This document shows, one piece after another, positions 37,321-47,227 of a stretch of DNA of 64,000 nt (positions are counted from its first letter, which is position 1; every line of letters starts with the position of its first letter). This DNA is from a virus: the IMG/VR virus record IMGVR_UViG_3300017527_000885. The stretch is one strand, 5' to 3'. A program made the translations under genes and the position numbers. Under the pieces are notes generated by a model, which saw only the letters and a list, made by a program, of their open reading frames with translations, made no database searches and was not told where the DNA came from.

Positions 37321-38366
37321 CTAAATAGAGGGCGGGGGCCGTGATCCCTTGTCATCCCCAGGAATTCCACCTCTCGGAAATGTTGCTCGAGTCTCGGTCG
37401 GAATGTTTCCTCTCTGTCTGGTACGTGGCCCTCCAAGTAGAACACATCCGCACACAGGTTCGCCATCCATTCGCTGTATCCAACCTGGCGGTCGACAGAA
37501 AGGGCAAACACAATGTCATATTGCTGATCTAGTGCGGGATGTTGCTCGTCAGGAAGATGTAAGCCCAAAAAATCTATGTTCCAGTAGCAGTTCCAGTTAG
37601 CTAGTTCTGCGGCGACACTGGTAACGTGGGGCAAGTCAATTCCTACCACGCGCCCTGCTTTCTGCCTGGTAGCCTCGTAACAGAACAGGCCTAGATTGCA
37701 ACCAATATCCAGCACGGTCTTTCCCTCAAAGGAGAGCTTGTCCAGTTCCATCATCTCTGCACGGTGTTGGAAGTCGCGTTGGCCTCCAACATCAAAGACA
37801 GACTGGTAAGGCTCGGGACGCGATCCCCAAGCTGCATACTCGAACGCGCTGTCAATTAACTGTTGTACATAGCGCTGGGGGTGAGTGAAAGTCCAGGGCT
37901 GGAAATCAACCAGCTTGCCAGCCACCCAGTTCTTAGGGTTCATATCCCAGGAGGCTCTGACATGAGCGTGGCGCATGATCTCTTTGATGCACTCGGGTTT
38001 CCATTCACCCTCACCCGAGAGGTAGTCGGTAACCTGGGCATACTGATCATTCGCTCGGACTATGGCGTACACTCTGGGGGCCAAGTCGCGCATGGCAAAG
38101 ATATTCTGTATTCTGGTACAGTCAATCAGGGGATTGGTGCCCCACTGCAGAGTGTCTAGTTTGAATACCTTGAGACACAGGGCGGGGCGGCCGTAACGCG
38201 AGAGGAGTTGCTGTTCTATTTGCTCGTTGTGAGCAATGAAAGTGTAGACACCCTGCTGTCGCTTGGTGACAGGCGCAAGGGTGCCGGGGAACTCAATGTG
38301 CTCTATTTTCGGTATGCCACTATGATCATATACGGTCCCTGTCTTATCTTCTCCCACAATATCCAT
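37308..38366 (-). CDS. class I SAM-dependent methyltransferase (two-domain)
   Basis: Motif I VLDIGCNLGLF in the C-terminal half. Confidence 0.5.
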   Translation of the reverse strand: MDIVGEDKTGTVYDHSGIPKIEHIEFPGTLAPVTKRQQGVYTFIAHNEQIEQQLLSRYGRPALCLKVFKLDTLQWGTNPLIDCTRIQNIFAMRDLAPRVYAIVRANDQYAQVTDYLSGEGEWKPECIKEIMRHAHVRASWDMNPKNWVAGKLVDFQPWTFTHPQRYVQQLIDSAFEYAAWGSRPEPYQSVFDVGGQRDFQHRAEMMELDKLSFEGKTVLDIGCNLGLFCYEATRQKAGRVVGIDLPHVTSVAAELANWNCYWNIDFLGLHLPDEQHPALDQQYDIVFALSVDRQVGYSEWMANLCADVFYLEGHVPDREETFRPRLEQHFREVEFLGMTRDHGPRPLFRCLK

Positions 38367-38884
38367 TCCTCATCCAGTATTAGCCCTTGCAACTCCCCCT
38401 CCGTAAAATCGTGCTCGTGATGCGGGTTGGCATGTACCGTGGGAATGACTGGCGCACTAAGAATAATCAGGTTTCTCGTAGCGGCCTTCAACATCCCCAC
38501 AAAATGCTCGGGTGGACAACCCAGATGCTCAATGGTCTCAAACGATACAGCGACGGTGCAGTCAGGAAGCTTGTCAATTTCGCACAAGTCCATTTGTACA
38601 TACTCAATGTTCGTTCTGGGCCATTGCTTATGAGCAATCTTTAGAGCCTCAATGTCAATGTCAATTGCTGTGACCCCACTAGCGATACTGGCAAGAAATG
38701 CGCTGCCATATCCTGTCCCGCAGGCTACATCTAGCACGTTGTCATACTCGTTGACAAAGCCCTTTGCTAGATAATAGCGAAAGGTATGACCCAGCCACTG
38801 GCGGGACTGATATCCATACGCGACCGGGTTTATCCATCCTGGCATATTTCCCCCACAAAGTGGAACCGTGTTTTCTCGTCCCAA
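38303..38884 (-). CDS. class I SAM-dependent methyltransferase
   Basis: NVLDVACGTGYGSAFLA. Confidence 0.6.
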   Translation of the reverse strand: MGRENTVPLCGGNMPGWINPVAYGYQSRQWLGHTFRYYLAKGFVNEYDNVLDVACGTGYGSAFLASIASGVTAIDIDIEALKIAHKQWPRTNIEYVQMDLCEIDKLPDCTVAVSFETIEHLGCPPEHFVGMLKAATRNLIILSAPVIPTVHANPHHEHDFTEGELQGLILDEEWILWEKIRQGPYMIIVAYRK

Positions 38885-39984
38885 GGAAGCCCGCGTTCCT
38901 CCACTAGCTGCTTGAGGCCATTGCGTAATGCCCAGTTGTTACTGCGAATATCTTGAAAATGACCGTGTACCGACCAGGGGTGACCTCCTGCATAGTACAC
39001 AGGTATTCCGGCAGTCTTCGCCTTGCCCTTGTCCCGTGGCTGTAGACTGACCCAGTAACCACGCTCGGCCAGAACATTCACCGCATCCTGACTGATCTGC
39101 CATCCGGGGGGCCTGAACCCCTTGACAAACACACCCATTGCCTCAGCTTTGTCCAAGCATTCGTGCATCTCTGCTTCTGTCCATTCCAGGCACTCGGTGT
39201 TCGGCGTGTGTGTCCAGCCATGTACTGCTATCTCCACCCAGTCCAACTCAGAAAGGGGGTACAGGTGCTTGGCAGTTGATGCTGAAGGCATGGCAAATAG
39301 TGTCACCTTGAGATCGGGGTGCTGTTCTTTAAGAGCAAAAAGTAACTCCTGGTTGGGAGCATCATCACATAGATCGTCCAGGTCAAAGATAGAATCATCC
39401 AAGTACTTGCGGATCGCCCAGCCCCAGTTCTTGCGGTCACCGGGGAACTCCTGAAACTCCACGGGAAAATGGTAGGAATGTATGTAAGTGAGAAACTGCT
39501 TGGCGTTGTAGTCAGAGGTGTAACTGTCGTCTCCCAGGTCATCTATCTTGTCCTCCAGGGAGAACAGGGGTCGCCACTTAACAATAATAACGCGGCGACG
39601 AGCTACGCGGACAGCCTCTGCAATAGACTCGCGGTAGCCAGGGACGTGCTCTAGCACATGCCGTAAGAGCACGGTGTCGAATGAACCATCCGGGAAGTCG
39701 AGTGACCGCGCATCCCCTAAGGTAAAGCACGCCTCTGGGAAAAGCTCCAGGCAGGCATCCACAAAGCTCTGGCAGTAGTCAATACCCTGATACTCCACAT
39801 CCCTGTTGTGACGGACTAGGTTCTCGTACACGCAACCTGGGCCACACCCTATGTCCAACAGGCTTTCCCCATCGTTGATACAGGAAAGGGTCCAGATATG
39901 GCTTAGAGTATCCACACACTCGCCATAGCTCCGAATGTAGGTCTTATGATTGGATATGTTCTGATCCCACCAGGTATTAGTCAC
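38830..39984 (-). CDS. SAM-dependent methyltransferase fused to a putative polysaccharide-deacetylase-like domain
   Basis: N-terminal LLDIGCGPG...FDTVLLRHVLEHV (type-11 methyltransferase). The C-terminal half carries HGWTH and looks like a carbohydrate esterase/deacetylase fold (weak). Confidence 0.5.
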   Translation of the reverse strand: MTNTWWDQNISNHKTYIRSYGECVDTLSHIWTLSCINDGESLLDIGCGPGCVYENLVRHNRDVEYQGIDYCQSFVDACLELFPEACFTLGDARSLDFPDGSFDTVLLRHVLEHVPGYRESIAEAVRVARRRVIIVKWRPLFSLEDKIDDLGDDSYTSDYNAKQFLTYIHSYHFPVEFQEFPGDRKNWGWAIRKYLDDSIFDLDDLCDDAPNQELLFALKEQHPDLKVTLFAMPSASTAKHLYPLSELDWVEIAVHGWTHTPNTECLEWTEAEMHECLDKAEAMGVFVKGFRPPGWQISQDAVNVLAERGYWVSLQPRDKGKAKTAGIPVYYAGGHPWSVHGHFQDIRSNNWALRNGLKQLVEERGLPWDEKTRFHFVGEICQDG

Positions 39985-40759
39985 TGCACGTCTCCCAATT
40001 CACTCCCAGCCTCTCCCAACCAAAGTGGTTCACGGGCGGCCATACATCCCGGTGCCCATGCTCCGAGCCTTCCGGGTAGCCCCATGGGTCTTCCCCGAAC
40101 TCCTCTTTGCCGAAGAGGTGTATGGCGCGGACATCCCTGGCATACCCAACCTTCCAGCCAGCCTTGCGTAGCTTTCCGCAGATGTATCGCTCCTCCCCAT
40201 TCCGAGAGGGTCGTTTAACCTGCTTCCATCCTCCTACGGCGCGAACGGCCTCGGTGCGCATCAGTCGCAGCACTGCTCCCACATGCGCGCGCTCGACAAT
40301 CACAGGAGCACTCTCGAACATCTTGCTGGCGGAATCCCCTATCATCACATGGGGGCGACAGGCTATAGCGGCGTAATTCTCTGTATGGTAATGTCGCAGG
40401 AATACTGTTTCCAGCGCCTCAAGCCAGTCATACGTAAGCTCAAGCACTGTATGGTCTAGCTCGTAGTAACGCATTGTTTGTGGTATCAGGTCGCCATCAG
40501 CAGACACATATAACTGTGTCCCCACATGCTCCAAAAGTACATTGTGGCCCCAGTGAACACCCGTATTCTCATTCAGCAGAATCAACTCATCTATGATCCC
40601 CTCGGCTTTCAGGGCTGTCAGCATCTCTGGCGTTCCGTCTTCCGAACCATTATCACACACAATCAGGCGATGATCCATGAGAGTGCGCTTACGAATCTCT
40701 CGCAGGGAAATCTCATGAATGCGCTTGCGATTGCAGGTTAGAACTGCTATATCTATCAT
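39977..40759 (-). CDS. glycosyltransferase family 2
   Basis: IDIAVLTCNRK...LIVCDNGSEDGT. Confidence 0.65.
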   Translation of the reverse strand: MIDIAVLTCNRKRIHEISLREIRKRTLMDHRLIVCDNGSEDGTPEMLTALKAEGIIDELILLNENTGVHWGHNVLLEHVGTQLYVSADGDLIPQTMRYYELDHTVLELTYDWLEALETVFLRHYHTENYAAIACRPHVMIGDSASKMFESAPVIVERAHVGAVLRLMRTEAVRAVGGWKQVKRPSRNGEERYICGKLRKAGWKVGYARDVRAIHLFGKEEFGEDPWGYPEGSEHGHRDVWPPVNHFGWERLGVNWETCSD

Positions 40760-40760
40760 C

Positions 40761-41519
40761 TTACCTCACATAGTGAGTATATAGGCAGGCATCTATCAAA
40801 TGCACTCGGTAGTGCATTGTCAGCTTCCTAAAGTAGGCCCAGTCGTCACCCCACGGGTTGCCCACCAGTTTCTTGGCAGAGCCATAGCCAGTCTCGTAAC
40901 CCAGCCACTCGTCCACACCATCAGCCACCTTATTGTGATTTGTCCAGGGGGGAAGGGGACCGATCTTCTCGTAGCACTCACGGTGGTGTACGAACATTCC
41001 AGTCCCAATCTTCCCAGAAGGGAAGTGGGAGTGGACACCATTCGTGTCTACCGGAGGCATCCAAGCCTTACGAAGCTTTGTCCAGCGCGGGACTGTATGT
41101 GTGCCGTTTTCTTTGTGAATCCCATGCACAACCGCGCCCAACACCCACAGTCGCACATCTGGCTCTTGCTCAATGTTATGAGCCAAAGTAGCTAGATACA
41201 TTGGGTCATAAGCGTCATCCGAATCTAGCCAACAGAACCATTCGCCTTGTGCTGCCTCCATTCCGGCATTTCTGGCGAAGATGCGACCCTGATGCTCTAT
41301 CCCAAATGGCTTAAATCGCTCATCAAACCGCTCAAACCATAGAAGAAGTTCCGCTGTGTCATCGGTAGACCCATCATCTACCACAACACACTCGAAATTC
41401 CTAAAGGTCTGATCCTGGATGGATTTCAGGCAGCGGTCAAGCTTCCCGCCCTCCATCCGGTTGTAAGTAGGAATGATAATGCTAAACTTGGGTTTCGCGT
41501 TGGACTCGGAAGTCATCAC
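40761..41519 (-). CDS. glycosyltransferase family 2
   Basis: FSIIIPTYNR...CVVVDDGSTDDT. Confidence 0.7.
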   Translation of the reverse strand: MMTSESNAKPKFSIIIPTYNRMEGGKLDRCLKSIQDQTFRNFECVVVDDGSTDDTAELLLWFERFDERFKPFGIEHQGRIFARNAGMEAAQGEWFCWLDSDDAYDPMYLATLAHNIEQEPDVRLWVLGAVVHGIHKENGTHTVPRWTKLRKAWMPPVDTNGVHSHFPSGKIGTGMFVHHRECYEKIGPLPPWTNHNKVADGVDEWLGYETGYGSAKKLVGNPWGDDWAYFRKLTMHYRVHLIDACLYTHYVR

Positions 41520-41676
41520 TTAGCCTCACAGCTTTGTCTCGACACGTAGGGCAAACCAGCACAGTGCGTTTGATAAGGCTGAGTGCATCACCTCGATAGC
41601 GAAGCACCCGCACTGGCACAGCCGTTTCCTTTTCCAGTAGCCTATGACATCCTAAGCATTGTAGAAAGGTGTCCAT
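41482..41676 (-). CDS. small zinc-ribbon protein (possible)
   Basis: CLGC...CPTC. 64 aa. Overlaps neighbours. Confidence 0.25.
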   Translation of the reverse strand: MDTFLQCLGCHRLLEKETAVPVRVLRYRGDALSLIKRTVLVCPTCRDKAVRLSDDFRVQRETQV

Positions 41677-42945
41677 TTATCCCTCCCAGGTATGGAACAG
41701 CGGTTCAATAAACTTTTTGAACACATAGTCTGGATTGCGCTCCTGTCGAATCCTGCGCTGTTGAGCCAGTACTATGTTGTGCTGTAGCTCATAAGCAACC
41801 CGGAGAGCAATCGAGTGGAAATAGTCATCCACATCCTCGTACTCTGTTGTGGTCGTGCCGTCATTGCCAGTGAGTGCGTCAATGTTGGATGAGAACTGGT
41901 AATAGGCTGCATCCGGGCCGTAGATGGAGCGCATTGGTGGGAAGTCCCGATTGAGAATAAGCATTGCCCCACACAGAGCAGCCTCTTGGGCAATAAGACT
42001 GTACGTTTCAGAGCGACTGGGCATTACAAACACGTTGCACAGAAGCATCAGATCGCGGATAACCTCACGGGGCGATCTAGTCTTTAGGCTGTCATCGAAC
42101 TGTGACAGGAATGTCATCTCATTGTCATCTAGGCCCAAGTCTATCGCTAGACTGGCGAGGTGTTCACGGTAGTTGACCTTATCCCCACCAGTGCTATGAA
42201 AATCGGCACAGATAACCCGCACGCTTCGACCAAGCTTCTTGAGCGCAGCCCCTGTGCGGATCACGTACTCAACCTGTTTACCCCTATCTAGCCTCACTGG
42301 ATACAAAAGGATTGCGTCAGCTTCGAGCAACCGCTTCTCATACACCAGTTTCTTTGTGATGTCCTGGAAGCCAAGATAGCCACACACATCGGTGGAGTGG
42401 GGTACGACAGCTACCGTATCTATCTCACAGCGGAAGTTTCTGGCAACGCGGGGAACATCAAAGGCATTAGGGAAAATAATATTGGTGCGCTCTGGGTGAA
42501 TCTGTACAGGGGCCAGTTTGGGATTCACTGCCCACATGGGGCTAGGGGAAGCGGAGTGTATCCAGTGAAGCCAGCCCACATCTGGATGCTCCCTTGCATA
42601 ATCGTGCGCAGCAAAGTTGTGACACATAAGGGCTGCCTGATAGATCAGGTCGTGGGTAATAACAACGTCCAGGCCATTGAGAGCAGCATTAAAGCTCTCG
42701 CGCAACTTGGTTACATTGTCCTCCCAGCCCTCATAGAACTCAATCTTGTTTGACTTGCGCACAGAAGGAATGTGACGTAGCTCAACATCACACCACACAC
42801 GCTCTGGCGAGAATCCCTCTTCCACAATTGCCACAGGCTCATAGCCCGCTCGTAGCAACATCCCCAATTGCTCTTCCGCCACAATCGTTAGAGAATATGT
42901 GGGGTCTGGGGATGCAAAGTCGGTCAGAATGCCGATTCTTTTCAT
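41677..42945 (-). CDS. glycosyltransferase, GT-B fold (GT4-like)
   Basis: VFVMPSRSETYSLIAQEAALCGAMLI. Confidence 0.5.
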   Translation of the reverse strand: MKRIGILTDFASPDPTYSLTIVAEEQLGMLLRAGYEPVAIVEEGFSPERVWCDVELRHIPSVRKSNKIEFYEGWEDNVTKLRESFNAALNGLDVVITHDLIYQAALMCHNFAAHDYAREHPDVGWLHWIHSASPSPMWAVNPKLAPVQIHPERTNIIFPNAFDVPRVARNFRCEIDTVAVVPHSTDVCGYLGFQDITKKLVYEKRLLEADAILLYPVRLDRGKQVEYVIRTGAALKKLGRSVRVICADFHSTGGDKVNYREHLASLAIDLGLDDNEMTFLSQFDDSLKTRSPREVIRDLMLLCNVFVMPSRSETYSLIAQEAALCGAMLILNRDFPPMRSIYGPDAAYYQFSSNIDALTGNDGTTTTEYEDVDDYFHSIALRVAYELQHNIVLAQQRRIRQERNPDYVFKKFIEPLFHTWEG

Positions 42946-42964
42946 CCTGCTCCTTTTTAATTGG

Positions 42965-43333
42965 TTATGATCTGAGAATTGCTATGATTGTCCTTGCCCC
43001 ACCCTGTGTCACAGGCGTGCCTGCGGTACCAGAGCGAATCTTCATATACTGGAACGCGCCTAGCGCATCCATGTCAGATGTAGTCAGGCCAATCGAGCGC
43101 GAAGCTCCTGCGGTCACGTTTAGCTCAGTGCCTGCTCCATCATACACATTGGCAAATGTGCCGCTTGACTTGTCTGCCGCCTGGAATGTCAGGTTGGCTG
43201 AAGTCCACGCTGCTGGCATGATAATCCCGGCCAGTGGCAAGCCATCAGTATTTAGTTCTGCTGACAAGCTGGCACCCTGCGCAATCACCACACTCTTTGC
43301 CTGATAACGTCGTCTAATTCTTTGGTCACTCAT
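42965..43333 (-). CDS. hypothetical protein
   Basis: 122 aa, Ala/Gly/Thr-rich. Confidence 0.35.
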   Translation of the reverse strand: MSDQRIRRRYQAKSVVIAQGASLSAELNTDGLPLAGIIMPAAWTSANLTFQAADKSSGTFANVYDGAGTELNVTAGASRSIGLTTSDMDALGAFQYMKIRSGTAGTPVTQGGARTIIAILRS

Positions 43334-43336
43334 TTA

Positions 43337-43924
43337 CTAGCTCTCCTGGTAGTATTCTAACACGATGGAGATATCCTTTGCGGACCCGGCCTTATTTGTC
43401 ACCCTGGCTAAATAGTCGGTGGACTTGGCAAGTATCCACTCTGCGCCAGAGCGGGCATCTCCCCCAACGGCCTGATTCTTCTGGCCGCCTGGTATAAACC
43501 CAGCAGCCAACTGTGTTCCAGCACTACTAACGGTGGGAGTGTGACGCACATCGGCATCAGATGCATCGGTTCCATCCTCTCGATTCATATTCCTGGGGGT
43601 AATTGCTGTGCCTATGGCAGATGTTGTGGTCCCTGAGTAAAGATAGAAATAAGCATCCCCACCAGCAACCACGGCTATAGCGGAGTGCAGTTCCTTATTT
43701 GCCCCAACCTTAATCAACATATCCGCATTTGCATCATCCCCAATCGTTGTGTACAGATGCGAGGCATGGTACATCCCGGCCTCATGCACCTCTGCATGTG
43801 CAACAAGAATGCCCTCACCTGCACCAACCTTACTGTCAACGCCCTGATTTGTAGTACCGTCCCAACTTATTGTTTTATCCGCCTTGCTTCCCATTACTCT
43901 TTCCTCTGATAGTTCTTCTCCCAA
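43337..43924 (-). CDS. hypothetical protein
   Basis: 195 aa, Ala/Gly-rich. Confidence 0.35.
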   Translation of the reverse strand: MGEELSEERVMGSKADKTISWDGTTNQGVDSKVGAGEGILVAHAEVHEAGMYHASHLYTTIGDDANADMLIKVGANKELHSAIAVVAGGDAYFYLYSGTTTSAIGTAITPRNMNREDGTDASDADVRHTPTVSSAGTQLAAGFIPGGQKNQAVGGDARSGAEWILAKSTDYLARVTNKAGSAKDISIVLEYYQES

Positions 43925-44637
43925 GCTTTGTACTGGCGGAAATGAGCCTGTGTTATCACGGAATTACCTATATGACCACACTGCACATTAAGATCACAAT
44001 ACACTTTGAAACCAGCCTCCCCGGCCTTGCGGCAAAATACTACATCTTCGCCAGTTGCCGGGTTTGGCCCCAAGTAACGAGGCACCTTTATTGCCTCTAC
44101 AACCTTGCGTTCAATAAGAACACAACCAAACCCCATGGAGTCGCATTCCATCAAGCTGTTCTGGAACTGCATCACGGCAGGCTCGAGAACGATGGGAACT
44201 TCATATTCCTCAAACCAATCCAGAACCTCCTGGCTCATGGACATTGTGCCGCCATCCTCGGTGGCCTCATAAACCAGGGCAAACGGTGACTTGCGCCTCC
44301 CGAAATATAGCGAACCGACCATTGGCAACTTGTGCTGGTATAGGGTGTAGATAGCCCCTGGCGGAAGCACCATATCGCTGTCAATAAAACAGAGGTGTGT
44401 AGCGTCCTCAATCTTCAGGAACTCCTTCGTCATCTGTTCCCGACCCTCGTGAATGTAGGTTGGCTGTATCGCCCCCACGGTCCACGATACATTTTGGCGG
44501 GACAGATAAGTAAGAGCAGCATCAAGCGAATCAACATACTCCCACATACCGAATCGCTCTCGTAGTGTCACAACAACGATCTTGTCCTTCCGGGCAGGGT
44601 TTCCCTGTTTCCTCATCTTTTTCTTCCGCTTTTTCAA
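43894..44637 (-). CDS. putative GT-A-fold glycosyltransferase (paralog of 53434-54114)
   Basis: CFIDSDMVLPP...VGSLYFGRR is similar to FIVDCDMLIPQ...ISGLYFSRG in the other gene. Downstream of a TTGCCA-18-TATAAT promoter. The likely start is the internal ATG (MRKQG). Confidence 0.4.
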   Translation of the reverse strand: MKKRKKKMRKQGNPARKDKIVVVTLRERFGMWEYVDSLDAALTYLSRQNVSWTVGAIQPTYIHEGREQMTKEFLKIEDATHLCFIDSDMVLPPGAIYTLYQHKLPMVGSLYFGRRKSPFALVYEATEDGGTMSMSQEVLDWFEEYEVPIVLEPAVMQFQNSLMECDSMGFGCVLIERKVVEAIKVPRYLGPNPATGEDVVFCRKAGEAGFKVYCDLNVQCGHIGNSVITQAHFRQYKAWEKNYQRKE

Positions 44638-44650
44638 TGTACTAGCTCCT

Positions 44651-44685
44651 ATTATAAGGGTTGGGGTGATCCAATGGCAAGGTTA
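44651..44685 (-). promoter_or_regulatory. promoter TAACC-TTGCCA-N18-TATAAT
   Basis: - strand: TAACCTTGCCATTGGATCACCCCAACCCTTATAAT. It is embedded in the 3' end of the upstream epimerase gene. Confidence 0.5.
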
Positions 44686-45632
44686 TCCCGATACCACTTC
44701 ACTGTTCCCATTAAACCCTCTCGGAGGGCAAAGGAGGGACACCAGCCGCCCGTTACCTTCATCATCTTTGTGATGTCGTTCTTCCGGCGCGGGTAGCCCT
44801 CTGGTTTACCGGTATCATAGTAAGCTGTCTTGCCCTCCGCTCCCATCACATCCCAAACTGTATGAAGGAGTCTTCTGATAGAGACATCCTGCCCTGTCCC
44901 GATGTTTACAGGATCGGCTTCTGGATAGTGCTCTAGCACCTTCATTGCCCCAATCGCGGCATCCGTGCTGTAAAGAAACTCACGCCGCTGATTTCCCGAC
45001 CCAAAGACATGCACGGTGTCATTCTCGTCTGTTTTGCGGATGAGCGCGGGGATGACGTGAGATGTCTCGTGGTCAAAGTAGTCAGATGGCCCATAACAGT
45101 TAGCAAAGCGCGTGATCCCCACCTTTATAGGGTGCTTCTCTGCAGCCCACTGAGCATACCGCTCACCCATCCTTTTGGCCCATCCATAGCCAGCGTTGGT
45201 CGGTTCTGGCTCCCCTCTATGTCCCTCTTCCTCTGGGACAGGATACATCATATCATGGGGATACACACACACCGTACTGGCCTGCAAGAATAGTGGCACC
45301 TTGGCTAGTATGGCATAGTGCAAGGGGGTAGTCTGTAGAAGCATATTCTGGCGAAACATCTCGTCATGGTTCTTTCGGTTGAAGTGCATGCCAGTGACCC
45401 TGGCGGCCAGATTAAACACAGCATCCTTTCCTGCATAATCAAAGGGTGTCTTGCAAGCATCCTGGTCAACAACACCACAGGGAAGGTCCTCTAGATTCTC
45501 CCTTCTGCCCCGGCTGAAGTTATCCAGCACGGTAACTTCTGCGTTCTCCTCACACAACAGCCTCACAAGCTGGTGGCCGATCATCCCGGCCCCGCCCGTA
45601 ACTAACACTTTCTTTCCTTCCCAGAAACTCAT
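44652..45632 (-). CDS. NAD-dependent sugar epimerase/dehydratase (SDR family)
   Basis: Rossmann motif VLVTGGAGMIGHQL near the N-terminus. YxxxK (YGWAK) catalytic pair. Confidence 0.75.
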   Translation of the reverse strand: MSFWEGKKVLVTGGAGMIGHQLVRLLCEENAEVTVLDNFSRGRRENLEDLPCGVVDQDACKTPFDYAGKDAVFNLAARVTGMHFNRKNHDEMFRQNMLLQTTPLHYAILAKVPLFLQASTVCVYPHDMMYPVPEEEGHRGEPEPTNAGYGWAKRMGERYAQWAAEKHPIKVGITRFANCYGPSDYFDHETSHVIPALIRKTDENDTVHVFGSGNQRREFLYSTDAAIGAMKVLEHYPEADPVNIGTGQDVSIRRLLHTVWDVMGAEGKTAYYDTGKPEGYPRRKNDITKMMKVTGGWCPSFALREGLMGTVKWYRDNLAIGSPQPL

Positions 45633-45633
45633 A

Positions 45634-46755
45634 TTATCCTCCCGGATCAGCTTGATACAATGCTTGAATGACCATATCCTGTTCTTCTTCTGTAAGCTGC
45701 GGGAACATTGGCAGCGAAAGCACCGTCCCGGCCGCCTCCCATGTCCAGTCTAAACACTGCTCAATTGGCTCTGCCATAGACCAAAACGCTGGGTGCGTTG
45801 CAACTGGCGGATAGTAATGCACGCCACAATGAATGCCCCTTTCCCTCAATATGCGCCTGACATTATCCCGGTCGCTGGTAGCAATCACGTACATATTGTA
45901 GGAGTGCAGGCCTCCTGGCGGGTCACTCGGTAACCCGTAGGAGGTATCCAGTAGATAATTTCGATATGTCCTGGCAATGATTCGGCGGCGGTGTAGGTCA
46001 TACTTGATATTACTTAGCTTAACTCGCAGAATGGCAGCCTGGAGGGAATCCAGGCGTGAGTTGATTCCCCTATCATGACAAATCTGCTGGTAGGAGCGTG
46101 ACCCCAGCGCTTCCCATCCATATTGCCGAAGCTCTATGGCCCTCTCAGCAAGCAAGAGATCGCTGGTCACTACAGCACCACCATCTCCCAAGGCACCCAG
46201 GTTCTTGGTGGGGTAGAAAGAGAATGCCGCCATGTCTCCCCAGGACCCTGCGGGTGACCCGAACCAAGCGGAGCCTACGGCCTGTGCGCAGTCCTCGATA
46301 ATCTTAATGCCATGCTTTGTGCCCACCCGGATCATCCGGGACATATCAACCGGACATCCATACAAATGAACTGGGATGATAGCCCTGGTCTGGGGCGTGA
46401 TTGCTTCTTCTATTCGGTCTATGTCAATGAGACAGGTCGCAGTGATGTCGACAAACACTGGCGTTGCCCCCACCTGCTTGACAGCCGAGACTGTAGGCGG
46501 AGCAGTATGGCCCGGAACAATTACCTCATCCCCTGGCCCTACGTCACATGCCATGAGGCAAATGGCAAGTGCGTCAGTCCCAGAATTAACGCCAATAGCA
46601 TAGCCCGCTGAGCAAAAATCTGCGAATTCCTCTTCGAATCTCTCAACAGACTCGCCCAGTATGTACTGCCCAGCCTCAAGCTCTGCAAGAATTGCATCGC
46701 CTATTGCATACCTATGTTCCAGGTAGCTTCGTTTCGGATCGGCGTAAGCCAACAT
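45634..46755 (-). CDS. DegT/DnrJ/EryC1/StrS-family PLP-dependent sugar aminotransferase
   Basis: GVNSGTDAL, DEVIVPGHT, AIIPVHLYG, IIEDCAQAVGS, FSFYPTKNLGALGDGGAVV. Confidence 0.85.
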   Translation of the reverse strand: MLAYADPKRSYLEHRYAIGDAILAELEAGQYILGESVERFEEEFADFCSAGYAIGVNSGTDALAICLMACDVGPGDEVIVPGHTAPPTVSAVKQVGATPVFVDITATCLIDIDRIEEAITPQTRAIIPVHLYGCPVDMSRMIRVGTKHGIKIIEDCAQAVGSAWFGSPAGSWGDMAAFSFYPTKNLGALGDGGAVVTSDLLLAERAIELRQYGWEALGSRSYQQICHDRGINSRLDSLQAAILRVKLSNIKYDLHRRRIIARTYRNYLLDTSYGLPSDPPGGLHSYNMYVIATSDRDNVRRILRERGIHCGVHYYPPVATHPAFWSMAEPIEQCLDWTWEAAGTVLSLPMFPQLTEEEQDMVIQALYQADPGG

Positions 46756-47227
46756 CTCCCCACCCCCAGTCAGAAGTCATCTCTAAACGATGCTCGTCCT
46801 CTGGATCATAAACTTTGTCACACAAAACAACTAGCGTTGCAGACCCGAATCCATCCGGTGTTCTCACGGAGTGTAGCTCGCCGGGGAGCACAGTGATGGC
46901 CCATGGTAACTGTGCATCGAGCCTGTACCGGATCAGTGCGCCCAATCCCTTGTTGGGATATGTGGCGACCAATATCTCAGAGACACCCTTCACCGGGATA
47001 AAGGTCTCTGTCTTGTGCTTATGAAAGTGCCACACCTTGGCATCCCTCGCCTGTCTGACCTTGGTGGTGACACAGTACGCCATAGCAACATCGTGTTCGG
47101 CCGTTCGGAATAGCTCAAACAGGTTACCCCTCTTGTCCGCGTGTAAGGTTATCTCCCGCTCCCGCTGCATGTATCTTCTCCCCAATTGCTTGTAGCAATT
47201 CTGCATATGGCGTATACAAATACTCAT
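46712..47227 (-). CDS. cupin-fold sugar 3,4-ketoisomerase (FdtA/QdtA/WxcM-C-like)
   Basis: RGNLFELFR...VRQARDAKVWHFHKH matches the RG-L-E...RG-H-H pattern of FdtA-type isomerases. Confidence 0.5.
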   Translation of the reverse strand: MSICIRHMQNCYKQLGRRYMQREREITLHADKRGNLFELFRTAEHDVAMAYCVTTKVRQARDAKVWHFHKHKTETFIPVKGVSEILVATYPNKGLGALIRYRLDAQLPWAITVLPGELHSVRTPDGFGSATLVVLCDKVYDPEDEHRLEMTSDWGWGDVGLRRSETKLPGT

